From Nitrosopumilus sp. (lineage in GTDB: Archaea; Thermoproteota; Nitrososphaeria; Nitrososphaerales; Nitrosopumilaceae): a DNA stretch of 64,000 bases. Positions 49,212-59,339 of the stretch are shown here, piece after piece. The translations under genes were made by a program, and so were the position numbers. Position 1 is the first letter of the stretch. Each line of letters begins with the position of its first letter. The stretch is taken from contig OZ242186.1 of the NCBI GenBank assembly GCA_965205675.1, forward strand, positions 1,184,001-1,248,000, written 5' to 3'. The notes under the pieces were generated by a model. That model saw nothing but the letters and a program-made list of their open reading frames with translations. It was not told where the DNA came from and ran no database searches.

Positions 49212-50483
49212 CTATTGTTCTATTTTGATTCTTGCACCCATGCGGTTCATTTCTTCTATAAAGTTTGGATATGACACTTTAACTGATTCTGGATCTGATA
49301 CTGTACAATTACCAACATGCATACCTGCAATACAAAATGCCATAAATAATCTATGGTCTTCTTCTGATATCAAGTCTGCACCGGATATGTTTTCAGAAGG
49401 TTCTAAAATCATCCCATCTTCTTTTTCTTTAATTTTAATTCCAAGTTTTACCAATTCCCTTGAAATAATTGCAATTCTATCTGTTTCTTTTAATCTTGCA
49501 TGCTTTACGTTGAATATTTCAATTGGAGCAGATGAACATAATGCCAAGATTGCAAGAGGTGGAAGAAGATCTGGTGAATTGCTTAGATCGAATTTCCCCC
49601 CGTTTAGTTTTTCAGGGGTTTTAATTTTAATTTGTTCATCATCTATAATAATTTCAACTCCTAGTTGTTCCAAAATATCCATAAACACTTCGTCACTTTG
49701 AGGTAAATTGCCTATGCTTCCTTTTATCGTAATATCTTCTCCATTTAGAACTGTTGCAGAAAGAAGAAGAGCGAGACTTGAAAAATCAATTGGTACTATA
49801 AATTCGGATTTTTTGTATATTTGTGGTGAGATGTTGTATCGCTTGTATGGAATAAGTGTTTGAACTGTTACGCCAAACTTGCGCATTGTAGTAATTGTTG
49901 CATCGAGATATGGTTTTGAAACCATGTTTCCTTCTATTGTCAGATTGATTCCTTTTTCTGTTAAGGGTGCGCAAATTAATAATGCTGAAATGAATTGACT
50001 GGAAAAATTTCCTGGAATTTTTACATCCCCTCCAATAATATTCCCTTTGACTTTAATTGGCGGTTTCCCATCAGTTGAGTTACACTGTGCACCAATACTT
50101 GATAATGCATCTAAGAGTGGCTGCATGGGTCTTTTTTGTAAGCTTGAATCTCCTGTAAGTATAATTTCTTCAGAAAACAAGCTTGCAATTCCTGTTGCAA
50201 TTCTAATTGTGGTACCTGAGTTTGCGGTGTTGATTTCAGGTACTTTTGTACCTATTTTTACTGCATTTTTGACAATTATTGATGAATTCTCAACTTCAAT
50301 CTCTGCTCCAAACTTTCTACATGTTTTGATTGTAGCTTTTGTGTCTGCTGAAAGCAATACATTTTCAACTCTGCTATTTTTTCCTGCAAGTGATGCTAAA
50401 AAAATTGCTCTATGTGTATAGCTCTTATTTGGAGGACAAATTATTTGACCTGAAATTATTGATTTTTCAATTTTGCATTTCAT
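49212..50483 (-). CDS. aroA: 3-phosphoshikimate 1-carboxyvinyltransferase
   Basis: KSYTHRA, NSGTT, SSQFISALL, SKPY, RLKETDR, DHR. Confidence 0.96.
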   Translation of the reverse strand: MKCKIEKSIISGQIICPPNKSYTHRAIFLASLAGKNSRVENVLLSADTKATIKTCRKFGAEIEVENSSIIVKNAVKIGTKVPEINTANSGTTIRIATGIASLFSEEIILTGDSSLQKRPMQPLLDALSSIGAQCNSTDGKPPIKVKGNIIGGDVKIPGNFSSQFISALLICAPLTEKGINLTIEGNMVSKPYLDATITTMRKFGVTVQTLIPYKRYNISPQIYKKSEFIVPIDFSSLALLLSATVLNGEDITIKGSIGNLPQSDEVFMDILEQLGVEIIIDDEQIKIKTPEKLNGGKFDLSNSPDLLPPLAILALCSSAPIEIFNVKHARLKETDRIAIISRELVKLGIKIKEKEDGMILEPSENISGADLISEEDHRLFMAFCIAGMHVGNCTVSDPESVKVSYPNFIEEMNRMGARIKIEQ

Positions 50484-51330
50484 GAACTTTTGCCTTTTTG
50501 TTATTAATTTTTGAAATTATGATGCGTCCTTCCAATGGCAAGAATATTTTTTTGATTGCCGATTCATTTTCTTTTTTTGTCACTGCCACAATTGATGGGC
50601 CATTGCCTGAAACTGATGCCCCAAGTGATCCTTTTTCAATCAAATTTGGAATTATTTTAGAATCTGAATTTAAAATTGATGCAGTCGCTAGTCCGTTTAG
50701 TATCATTGCTTTCCAATAATCACCTTTTCTTGATAACTCCCATGCATTTTCAAATATCTGTGATAATATTTTGAGTTTTTTTAGATTTCCTCTTTTTCTA
50801 TTTTTTGGAATAAAGATGACTGCAATAAGATTAGATGGGCCTTTTTCAAATCGCATTCTTTTTTTCCTTGAATTATCTGTTACATTAAATCCTCCATAAT
50901 AACAAGAACATGCATCATCATATGCTCCTGTAATGCTAACTTTGGATTCAATTGAGGCATCTACTCCGGCCAGTAGGATTTGTTGATCTGTTAACTTAGG
51001 TTTGAATATCTTTGCACATGCAAGAGCAACTGCTGATGATATAGCACTTGAACTTTTTAATCCATACCCAGTGGGGATTTCAGAATCTAATGTAATTAAA
51101 ATTTTATTTTGTTCTAAATCCTTTTTTGAAATAATTTTCTCTACTGTTTTATTAATTAAACGGGAACTAAGACTTTTATTTTCAGATTGAATTGAGATTC
51201 CTTTTCCAGGATTTGTTTCTATTGTGGCCTCTACTTTTAATTCAATTCCTAATGTTGCTCCTTTTTGATTTGCAATTGCATTTACTAGTGATACTGCCCC
51301 ATGAACTGTGGCCTTTACTTTTGTCATCAA
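50467..51330 (-). CDS. aroK: Archaeal (GHMP-type) shikimate kinase
   Basis: SEIPTGYGLKSSSA, ITGAYDDA, SGNGP. Confidence 0.93.
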   Translation of the reverse strand: MMTKVKATVHGAVSLVNAIANQKGATLGIELKVEATIETNPGKGISIQSENKSLSSRLINKTVEKIISKKDLEQNKILITLDSEIPTGYGLKSSSAISSAVALACAKIFKPKLTDQQILLAGVDASIESKVSITGAYDDACSCYYGGFNVTDNSRKKRMRFEKGPSNLIAVIFIPKNRKRGNLKKLKILSQIFENAWELSRKGDYWKAMILNGLATASILNSDSKIIPNLIEKGSLGASVSGNGPSIVAVTKKENESAIKKIFLPLEGRIIISKINNKKAKVHEMQN

Positions 51331-52148
51331 AATCCTCCTAACAGTGCTTTTTTCATGGCGTTATAAGGTGCTTCTACACCGTGCCAAATCTCAAAAGCTC
51401 TGATTGCTTGTCCCAATAGCATTTCATAGCCATAAATTATAATTGCTTTTTCTTCTTTTGCTTTTTTAATAAAATCTGTATTCATTGGCATATACACAAT
51501 GTCATAGACGACTGTTTTTTCATTAATTCCTTGTAGTGAAATCACACTAGATTCATTTTTGAGACCTACTGATGTAGCATTTACAATAATATCATAATTT
51601 TTTGCAGTGTCTTTAACGTCTTTTATTTTTATTGCATTTGCATCTAATTTAATTTTTGTTGCAAATTCTGAAAGCCAAGAGGCTTTTTCCAAAGTTCTAT
51701 TTGCAATGGTTATGCTTTTTACTTTTTCTTTTGCAAATCCCGCAACTATTGCTCTTGCAGCTCCTCCGGCTCCAATTAACAAAACTTTGGTTCCCGTAAT
51801 GTTTAATTCTTTTTTCTTAAATGGTTCTAAAAATCCATCCATGTCTGTATTATATCCTGTTAAAATCCCTTCCTTGTTTGAGACTGTGTTGACAGCTCCA
51901 ATCAAACTGCATGATTCATCAACCTTATTCAAATACTTCATCATCTCGATTTTATGTGGAATTGTGATGTTAAAACCACTTATCTTGATTTTTTTTAATC
52001 CTTCTATTCCTTCTTCTAATTCTCCTTTGGGAATTCGATATGCAATGTATGACGAATCTAAATCTAATTCTCTGAATGCTGCACTGTGAATATTTGGAGA
52101 TAGTGAATGATCAATAGGATCTCCAATTACTGCAAATGATTTGCCCAT
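51327..52148 (-). CDS. aroE: Shikimate dehydrogenase
   Basis: GDPIDHSLSP, NITIPHK, GAVNT, NTD, GAGGAA, MLLGQA. Confidence 0.95.
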   Translation of the reverse strand: MGKSFAVIGDPIDHSLSPNIHSAAFRELDLDSSYIAYRIPKGELEEGIEGLKKIKISGFNITIPHKIEMMKYLNKVDESCSLIGAVNTVSNKEGILTGYNTDMDGFLEPFKKKELNITGTKVLLIGAGGAARAIVAGFAKEKVKSITIANRTLEKASWLSEFATKIKLDANAIKIKDVKDTAKNYDIIVNATSVGLKNESSVISLQGINEKTVVYDIVYMPMNTDFIKKAKEEKAIIIYGYEMLLGQAIRAFEIWHGVEAPYNAMKKALLGGF

Positions 52149-52200
52149 TTCTGTTTTCTTAAACATTGATGATTGATTTAAACTCTCAACTATTTTGTGG

Positions 52201-52872
52201 TTATTTTTTTAAATTTGTAATTTTTTTTACTTCATCTACGCTGAATTGTCCTGGAGCAACTGCTTTTCCTAGTGATACGTAAGTGTATGGGCTGCCTAAA
52301 TATAGGCACAAAATCCTTGAAATTCTACCATGATCCCCCATAGCAAATGAAATTAGATTATTTTTTCCTTTTTTACTATACAATTCTAACATTCTAGTCG
52401 AGTCTCCTGTAGATTTTGCAGTACATACTATTTTCACATATGATGAAAATTTGTCCATCTGACTAATCTTCTTTTTTAATTCTATAGAACTAGGTGTTTT
52501 TTTAAAATCATGCCATGACACTAGCAATTTTGTTTTTGTTTTTTTCAAGTATTTGACTAATGATGAATTTTTCTTTAATGTGTTAAATTCCACATCTAAC
52601 AAAAAGGGATTATATTCTGCAATTAGTTTTAAAATTAGTATTCGTTCTTTTTCATTGCCTGAAAATTTACCTCCTTGATTTTTTGGCCTTAATGTGCATA
52701 CAATTCTATTGAGATCTTTTTTCACCATTTCTAATGTTTCTGGAATTTGTTCATTTTTTAGAAAATCAAATCTTACTTCAGCATAGTCTGATTTTGAAAG
52801 TGCAATTTTTAATATTTTTTTTATTTTTGTAGGTGTTGTTTCGGCAATTGAAACACATGTTTTGTATTTCAT
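52201..52872 (-). CDS. aroD: Type I 3-dehydroquinate dehydratase
   Basis: EVRFD, TLR..QGG, SWHDF..TP, AMG..SR, APGQ. Confidence 0.93.
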   Translation of the reverse strand: MKYKTCVSIAETTPTKIKKILKIALSKSDYAEVRFDFLKNEQIPETLEMVKKDLNRIVCTLRPKNQGGKFSGNEKERILILKLIAEYNPFLLDVEFNTLKKNSSLVKYLKKTKTKLLVSWHDFKKTPSSIELKKKISQMDKFSSYVKIVCTAKSTGDSTRMLELYSKKGKNNLISFAMGDHGRISRILCLYLGSPYTYVSLGKAVAPGQFSVDEVKKITNLKK

Positions 52873-53927
52873 TTTTCTAAAATGTATTCATCAGATACTT
52901 CCATTCCAAAATGTCTACCTGTTGCAGGCTTTGAATGAACCATTACAGTGTCTCCTTTTTTTAGATGTGTGACTGAGACTAGTTGTCCATTTGATTTTAC
53001 AAAACGGATCGTTTCTGCATCTTGTGCTATGATCCCTCCTGTTTCTTCACCTGCTGTAGCTTTGATCATAAGCATTGGTCTACGTTCTATTTTTGATCTT
53101 CCCACAGTAGCTCTTCTTGCCTTACCTTTCGAATTAAGAATTAATACTTCTTTTCCAGTTTCTATTTCTGAGAGATAACTAGTTGTTCCATCTGGTGATA
53201 ATGTATAACAATGAATTGCTCCGGCGTTTACTCTAAACGGTCTTGGAGATGTAAATGATGATCCAACTGATTCATTATGAACAAGAAACAAAAAGTTTGA
53301 TCTGCTACCAATTAACATTCCTTCTCCCTTGTGAAGCATGGATGCTGTATCTACGCAGACTCTTTCTCCATCTCCCACCTCTTTGATTTCTGTAATTTTT
53401 GCAGGTTTCATGTCAAAACTTTTAGTTCCTAAGGATACCATAACTTCACGAACTTTGGTAATTGATGATGTGCTAAAGATTACTCCGTCTACGCCTACTT
53501 CCAAAATTGAAAACATTTTTCTAACTTCTTCAGGCGTTTTTGCGATGGCAAATATTTTAGTGTGAATTTTATGTAACTTTGCAATTATATTTTCAAGAGG
53601 GATTATTTTCCAGTCTCTTACTTCTACTATCACAAAATCCAATCCTTTTTTGGCTATGGTGAGAACATTGTCGATATCTGAATTGGATAATATTTGAAAT
53701 TTTTTTCCAATTTTTTTCCCTTTTGATCTTGGTCCCTCTTTTTCTAATACTATGTAATTTGCTACATTTGAAGGAAATATTGTTTGAAGTTTTGTTTTTT
53801 TAGTTCCTAATTTTTTTGGGTCCATGTATACCATTTTAATTCCTTCTTCTTCTAACTGTGGTAGAAATTTAGATAATTGTGCTTGTGATCCTTTGGGCGA
53901 GATTATTAGTTCTCTTGATTTATTCAA
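52869..53927 (-). CDS. 3-dehydroquinate synthase II (archaeal AroB')
   Basis: WKIIPLEN, GERVCVDT, GEGMLIGS, RPFRVNAG, GRHFG. Confidence 0.94.
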   Translation of the reverse strand: MNKSRELIISPKGSQAQLSKFLPQLEEEGIKMVYMDPKKLGTKKTKLQTIFPSNVANYIVLEKEGPRSKGKKIGKKFQILSNSDIDNVLTIAKKGLDFVIVEVRDWKIIPLENIIAKLHKIHTKIFAIAKTPEEVRKMFSILEVGVDGVIFSTSSITKVREVMVSLGTKSFDMKPAKITEIKEVGDGERVCVDTASMLHKGEGMLIGSRSNFLFLVHNESVGSSFTSPRPFRVNAGAIHCYTLSPDGTTSYLSEIETGKEVLILNSKGKARRATVGRSKIERRPMLMIKATAGEETGGIIAQDAETIRFVKSNGQLVSVTHLKKGDTVMVHSKPATGRHFGMEVSDEYILEK

Positions 53928-54702
53928 TTTTTTTCATTGCTTCCTTTGCAGTTGCTTTTCTAAAAATTATTTCAGCCAATGCTGCTACCATTTTTTCAGG
54001 GGTTTTGTGTGCAAAGATGTTCCTACCATATGTGACCCCTTTAGCTCCTGCAGTCATTGCATCTTCTGTCATTTGAAGAATATCCAAGTCTGTTTTAGAT
54101 TTTGGCCCCCCTGCAATTACAATTGGAACTGATGTACTCTTTACAATTTTTGCAAATGAATCGATATCTCCTGTGTATAATGTTTTTACAATGTCAGCTC
54201 CACATTCTGCTCCAATTCTTGCAACGTGTCCTACAACTTCTGGGTCGTGTGGGTTTTTGATATTTTCTCCTCTTGGATACATCATTGCTAAAAGAGGCAT
54301 TCCCCATCTATGACATTGATCTGCAGTCATTCCAAGTTGTTCTAACATTTCTGGCTCTTCTTTACCTCCAATGTTGATATGAAGTGATACTCCGTCTGCG
54401 CCCATGGCAACTGCTTCTTTTACAGTACCTGTTAACATTTTACGATTTGGTGCTAGTGATAATGCTGTACTACTTGAAAAATGAACTAAAATTCCTACTT
54501 TTGTTGGTTTTGGCAATGCTTTGAGAATTCCTTTGTTAATAATTACACTCGTGAGACCGTGTCCTTCACATTTGTAAATAGTCGAAGCTGGATTTTCGAG
54601 ACCTTCAATAGGTCCGTTTGAAATTCCATGATCCATTGGAATGCAAAGCAATTTTCCTTTTCTGAGAATTCGTCCAAGTCTAATTTGATTTCCTGATACC
54701 AT
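53920..54702 (-). CDS. 2-amino-3,7-dideoxy-D-threo-hept-6-ulosonate synthase (class I aldolase, AroA')
   Basis: PMDHG, MMYPRG, GADIVKT, AGGPK, GRNIF; first gene of the aro cluster. Confidence 0.9.
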   Translation of the reverse strand: MVSGNQIRLGRILRKGKLLCIPMDHGISNGPIEGLENPASTIYKCEGHGLTSVIINKGILKALPKPTKVGILVHFSSSTALSLAPNRKMLTGTVKEAVAMGADGVSLHINIGGKEEPEMLEQLGMTADQCHRWGMPLLAMMYPRGENIKNPHDPEVVGHVARIGAECGADIVKTLYTGDIDSFAKIVKSTSVPIVIAGGPKSKTDLDILQMTEDAMTAGAKGVTYGRNIFAHKTPEKMVAALAEIIFRKATAKEAMKKIE

Positions 54703-55083
54703 GATTTGATCTGATTTTTGTGCCCTACTTAAAAATAACGTGATTCGATTCTGTCAGGCTATCGAGAGATGGACTTTTGATTTTTTCCAATTAGAACTAA
54801 AAAAATAAATCCTATTATTATAAAGGAATATGCTAGTCTTGTAAGATTCTTGAATTCCCTAGATCTCTTGACACAATTAGACAGATTTTACAACATTGCA
54901 CAGATTCTTTCACAGCAAGATCCAAAAATAAGCCTAAATCATTCCCTTTCATGTTCTCATACAAAGAATCATCAAAAAACCAAAAACATTTCTTTCATAC
55001 ACTAGAGTCACAAGATAGCAGTTTGACGGGGTTCTAAAAGATCTCAGAAAACAATACCGTTTAACTGAAAAATCCAAACTGTC

Positions 55084-56494
55084 GTAACTGTCTAGAGTTT
55101 TGAAGTAAAATCTCCAAGATATTCTAAAGAATAATCATGAAAGTTTAATCCTCGTAATCTGCATGTCTCCTTTATACTCATCAGTATCTTATGAGAATCA
55201 GCACCATGAATGGTTCTATGACCGTTTGTAATTTTACGAATTATCACATTTGGTCTGATTGCCCTCTCTGCTGTGTTATTGTGTGAATCAGTTCCAGTAA
55301 TTAGGAATGTAAAAAGCATTTTTCTCTCACGTTTCAATCTTTTTACAAACCTGATACAGTTTTTCTCTGTGTATTTTTTTGATATGATGTGATTAATTCT
55401 CCTTTCAAGATTCTTTTTTGCATGGATTCTTTCTGATTCTGATTTTATTTTTGCCACACCATGAGAGTCATAAATTATTTTCTTGAGATTCTTGGCAAAT
55501 GGTGCAAATTCTGGTCCGGGATTCTTGTGATTAATGGTATCATTAACCTCTCTGAGATAATGGATGTGACATTTCTGGTGAGTGCTTCCAACATGGTTCC
55601 ATGCAGGGTACGAATCACTTGTAATGTTGCCATCATATCCCTTGAGAATTCTCTTGGGAACATCCATTGAACGTGATTTGTCAATCTCGTAAATTACAGT
55701 CCATTTACTCACAAATGCCCACAACCAGTGGTTCTGGCCATCTACCCTCCAACTTGTCTCATCACCATGTATGTTTAGATCTTCTTTTAACTCCACAATC
55801 ATTGTATCATATCTGCTCCCAAATGCTTTTGATACTATTGATACTGCATGATTAATTGCAGATTCTGTAATGTGCAGTGAGAAGAGCATCTGCAAAAGAT
55901 GAGATATTTTACCATACGATAATCCGATAGTTTTTAGTGATGTGATTAGCACCATGAGCCTAATTCCAAACCTTTCATTTGACAGTACAGTGTGAATGTT
56001 ACCCGAGATTTGTTTTTTGCAGTTTGTGCAGTATCGTCTAACTATCGTATATTTTGTCACAACTGCTTTTGCAGGAATGATGTCTTCTACTATTCTGGTG
56101 TATGAATCAGTTGGTTCTGAGAGTGATTTGCCACATGTGTTGCACTCTTTTTGGTCAACTGTAATGGCATCATCAATGTGTGCCCGTCTGCTTCTGCTTT
56201 TTCTAGGATGTCTTGATGTTTTCTTCTTTTTTGCAGTTTCAGTCTTGTTTGGTTTTGCTTTGATATTTCTTGCAACAAGTGTAGACACTGTTTGTTTTAG
56301 TTCTGCAATTTCTCTGTGTAGTGATTCAATATCTTTGCGTAACTGACGGTTTTCTTGCTCCAGCGAGTGACATCTGTTACGATAATATTCCAGCTCATCA
56401 TATACTGACAATTGTATATTGTAATTTGTCACTGATCAGAAAAGATATAGATAAAAAATATTAAAGAAAGTACTTCAAAACTCTAGACAGTTAC
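55084..56494 (-). mobile_element. IS66-family (single-ORF, ISBst12-like) element, copy 1, 1411 bp, 8-bp TSD AAACTGTC
   Basis: Perfect 24-bp IR gtaactgtctagagttttgaagta / tacttcaaaactctagacagttac; aaactgtc at 55076-83 and 56495-502. Confidence 0.95.
55092..56432 (-). CDS. IS66-family transposase
   Basis: N-terminal coiled coil, CxxC Zn finger, HGDETSW, SDSYPAW, QKCHIH, NNTAERAIRP. Confidence 0.95.
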   Translation of the reverse strand: MTNYNIQLSVYDELEYYRNRCHSLEQENRQLRKDIESLHREIAELKQTVSTLVARNIKAKPNKTETAKKKKTSRHPRKSRSRRAHIDDAITVDQKECNTCGKSLSEPTDSYTRIVEDIIPAKAVVTKYTIVRRYCTNCKKQISGNIHTVLSNERFGIRLMVLITSLKTIGLSYGKISHLLQMLFSLHITESAINHAVSIVSKAFGSRYDTMIVELKEDLNIHGDETSWRVDGQNHWLWAFVSKWTVIYEIDKSRSMDVPKRILKGYDGNITSDSYPAWNHVGSTHQKCHIHYLREVNDTINHKNPGPEFAPFAKNLKKIIYDSHGVAKIKSESERIHAKKNLERRINHIISKKYTEKNCIRFVKRLKRERKMLFTFLITGTDSHNNTAERAIRPNVIIRKITNGHRTIHGADSHKILMSIKETCRLRGLNFHDYSLEYLGDFTSKL

Positions 56495-57050
56495 AAACTG
56501 TCTCAAAGAGAAAGAAAATAAGACATTGATGCAGGACATCTCTTTAATTTGGATGTAAATGGTAGATTGGTAAATGCTGCTTCTCCATTACAATACGTAT
56601 TTGAGATGTGAGTTGACAGATATTACTACTGCAAATGTTCATGACAGTAAAATGCATAAGATTGTAATTGCACCCTTACAGAGTTGATGAATAATATTTT
56701 GTGTGATTCAGCATATAATACTGATTCATTGTATCATTTTAGTAACAAGAAAAATCCAAGATTAATTATTCCAATAAAACAACACACATATCTCGGCCAG
56801 ATTGAATCATGCTTGTATATTTTTACAATTCTGCAACAGGTCAGAAACGATACTCTGATGGAAAGATCTCAATTGAACATCTCTTTAAGATATTCAAAGA
56901 CATATTTACAATTAGAACAGTTCTAGTAAAAGAATTATACAACGTAGAATATTATTTGTATTGGTTTATGTGTTGAGGTATAAGCTGATAGTGTACTACA
57001 ACTGGAACAGAAAATCCAAGGATTGTAAAGAGAATGTTTTGTTGTTAGAA
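56495..57050 (+). pseudogene. Older IS4/IS5-type (DDE_Tnp_1) transposase remnant interrupted by IS66 copy 1
   Basis: Fragments TTANVHDSK, ILCDSAYN, SIEHLFKIFKD, LIVYYN in shifting frames; probably continues left of 55084. Confidence 0.55.
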
Positions 57051-57151
57051 AGTAGTTGGGAATTATTTTTGTAAATCTTTATGCCCAAGTCCCCATCCTA
57101 CAAAGTCCGCCACACTTGCTAGCCAAGAGGCTTTTGAGATCCCATTACTTT

Positions 57152-58192
57152 TTATTCTCTAGTATTTTGACATGAAAAATCATTCATAATCATGTATCCG
57201 TGCGATTGTGCATTCTGATAGTGGTCTTTGACGATTTTGTCAAAGTCTTGGCCAAGTCGAATAAGAGACTTTTCTAGTGTTGGTATTCTATTTTGATAGT
57301 CTTGGTTTCTAAGAATCAGCTTTTTGATGTATTTCTCAGGTGGTAAAGCACCCAGTTTTTTTAGATTGCATCGCTCACACACCAAAGTCAGATTCCAAAT
57401 ATCATCTTCAGCAATATAGTCAAAGGGGATGATGTGTTCTACATGGGTCTTGCGTCCCGCAAGTAGTTCCTCCTCACAGTAAAAACATTCCTTGAAGAAC
57501 GGGTCTAGTATATGACGATATTTTGTCAATGATCCTCGCATTATGTTTTTGCCCTCTGTTTTGGCTATTATTTTTGGTAGTCTTATGTTGAGATTTTCAA
57601 GAAACTTTGCCCATTCTAAAATTACCGCCTTGAGAAGAACCACATTGTACCGCCTAAAAAATTCAATGGCATTGGGATTTAGGTTTATACCATAATCTAG
57701 ATCAACATATTTTTTGTTACTGTTGACTACCCTAGCAATGTGATAATCAAAAAATAGTCTGACTGGAGTTGCTTTGTTTATCTTGATTTTCTGAAACCTC
57801 CATATAACGTTATGAAAGCATCGTTTTGTGATCTGCTCTGTACATTTTTGGATTTTCTCCGGCTCTAGCTGACATATCTCCTTGAATGTTTGTGGATAGT
57901 ACTGTTCTGTAAACTCTGTTTCTATGATCTTGACAATCTCTGGTTTTTTCTTGATTTGAGGAGCGTGCTTCATCTTTAGTTTACATATCTGGGTCCAGTA
58001 ATATTCTAAAAAGTATCTAGCAATAGTTGGAAAATCTACGTGAGTTTTTGTACTTGTTCTGCTGTATTCTAGCAGGAATCTTGCTAGAGCAAACTTGTAT
58101 GTGTTATCTTTTGAGCTGTGTCCTATTATGTTTAGGAATCCACGTTCAAATTCCTCATCGGAGAAAATATCAAAATTGGGAATTTCGTTCAT
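57152..58192 (-). CDS. HNH endonuclease with helical N-terminal domain (candidate defence nuclease)
   Basis: CFYC..HVEHIIP..DDIWNLTLVCERCNLKK; N-terminal NTYKFALARFLL. Confidence 0.88.
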   Translation of the reverse strand: MNEIPNFDIFSDEEFERGFLNIIGHSSKDNTYKFALARFLLEYSRTSTKTHVDFPTIARYFLEYYWTQICKLKMKHAPQIKKKPEIVKIIETEFTEQYYPQTFKEICQLEPEKIQKCTEQITKRCFHNVIWRFQKIKINKATPVRLFFDYHIARVVNSNKKYVDLDYGINLNPNAIEFFRRYNVVLLKAVILEWAKFLENLNIRLPKIIAKTEGKNIMRGSLTKYRHILDPFFKECFYCEEELLAGRKTHVEHIIPFDYIAEDDIWNLTLVCERCNLKKLGALPPEKYIKKLILRNQDYQNRIPTLEKSLIRLGQDFDKIVKDHYQNAQSHGYMIMNDFSCQNTRE

Positions 58193-58499
58193 TGTTTTGG
58201 ATCACTTTGATGACGTCAGGTATAAACATATATTTTTTGGCGATTGTAAACCTATTACCCATAACTAATTCGGTTTAATTATTGGGAAAAATAGTCAACT
58301 TGATTGAATTATCCAAAATAATTTCAAGCAGATCCATATCGTTAGAATTTTTGTGTAAAAAATCCAACAGTACAAGTTCTACACATTCTCCAAAATATTC
58401 TCCAAAATTATCCATGTCTATTATTCTCAAATTAGTTTGCCCCCTCATTTCTAGACTAAAGTCAAAATACGTATAGAAAAGAGAAAAGAATTACAGACA

Positions 58500-59084
58500 T
58501 GTAAAAGATAGATCCAATCCAAATATGAAGGATGAGCAAATCAAAAGAGAGAAAATCCAAGAATACAGATATTGCCTCATTCATGAAGGCATCTGTTCGT
58601 GAGATACATGAACGCTACTCACAATATTGTAGTACTGGGACAGTTCCAGTTTTATGTAAGCCAGCGGTCTAGTCTCCTCCAGAGATGTGTCGTTCACTGG
58701 CACAGACTTTTTGAGTGAACTATAGCAAAAAGACAAAGTTCGTGAACTAAACAATTCCAAAACAAAAAACTTTTTGATCAGTTAACCCAACAAAATACAT
58801 GAACAAGTTAGAATCCCTTGAAGCAGCATACAAAAAAGGTCAAAGATCACCTTACAAATAATCCCGAGGTCAAATTAATCGAGTTGCCAAAAGGTTCATC
58901 ATACTTGAAGAACATGATAGAACAATGCTGGAAGATAAGCAAGTATGCGTTGCAGGTATCAAAATATTATGCAATGTTTACGATGAATGATACAGTGTCA
59001 AAATATTTTAGAATGACAAGATTCAAGCTTGATGTTGCAAATTACACCTTTAGAAATTCTGTAAAGATGTTCACGAACTTTTGA
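58500..59084 (+). pseudogene. IS630-family transposase remnant
   Basis: HTKKVKDHL..VKLIELPKGSSYL.NMIEQCWK..SKYFRMTRFKLD; homologous to the 3680-3990 remnant. Confidence 0.65.
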
Positions 59085-59104
59085 TCGTCGCTATACCTCT
59101 TGCC

Positions 59105-59251
59105 ATACACATTCTATCCTTGAAAAGACAAATTTTTGAAATCAAGAAAATTAGCATTTTCAGTAAGCTCCGGATAGCAGCATCTGCAAAGAGGAAAATA
59201 ACTCACTAAAACAATTCATCAGAGATCACAATCGCCAATGAGATTTTAAAA
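59105..59251 (+). pseudogene. Degenerate IS3 orfA fragment
   Basis: atctgcaaagaggaaaataactcactaaaacaattcatcagagatcacaatcgccaatgagattttaaaa aligns to orfA 23452-23522. Confidence 0.65.
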
Positions 59252-59339
59252 TATGTCAAGTTTGTATATCCGTTAAGATCATCGTCTTCTCAAAACCTCT
59301 GTGCTAAGGTTTAATACCTGAATTCAAAGTTTTGCAAAT

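Noticed and set aside
49132-49701. 189-aa + strand ORF and the many similar antisense ORFs in the track
   Set aside because: Antisense shadows of well-supported genes
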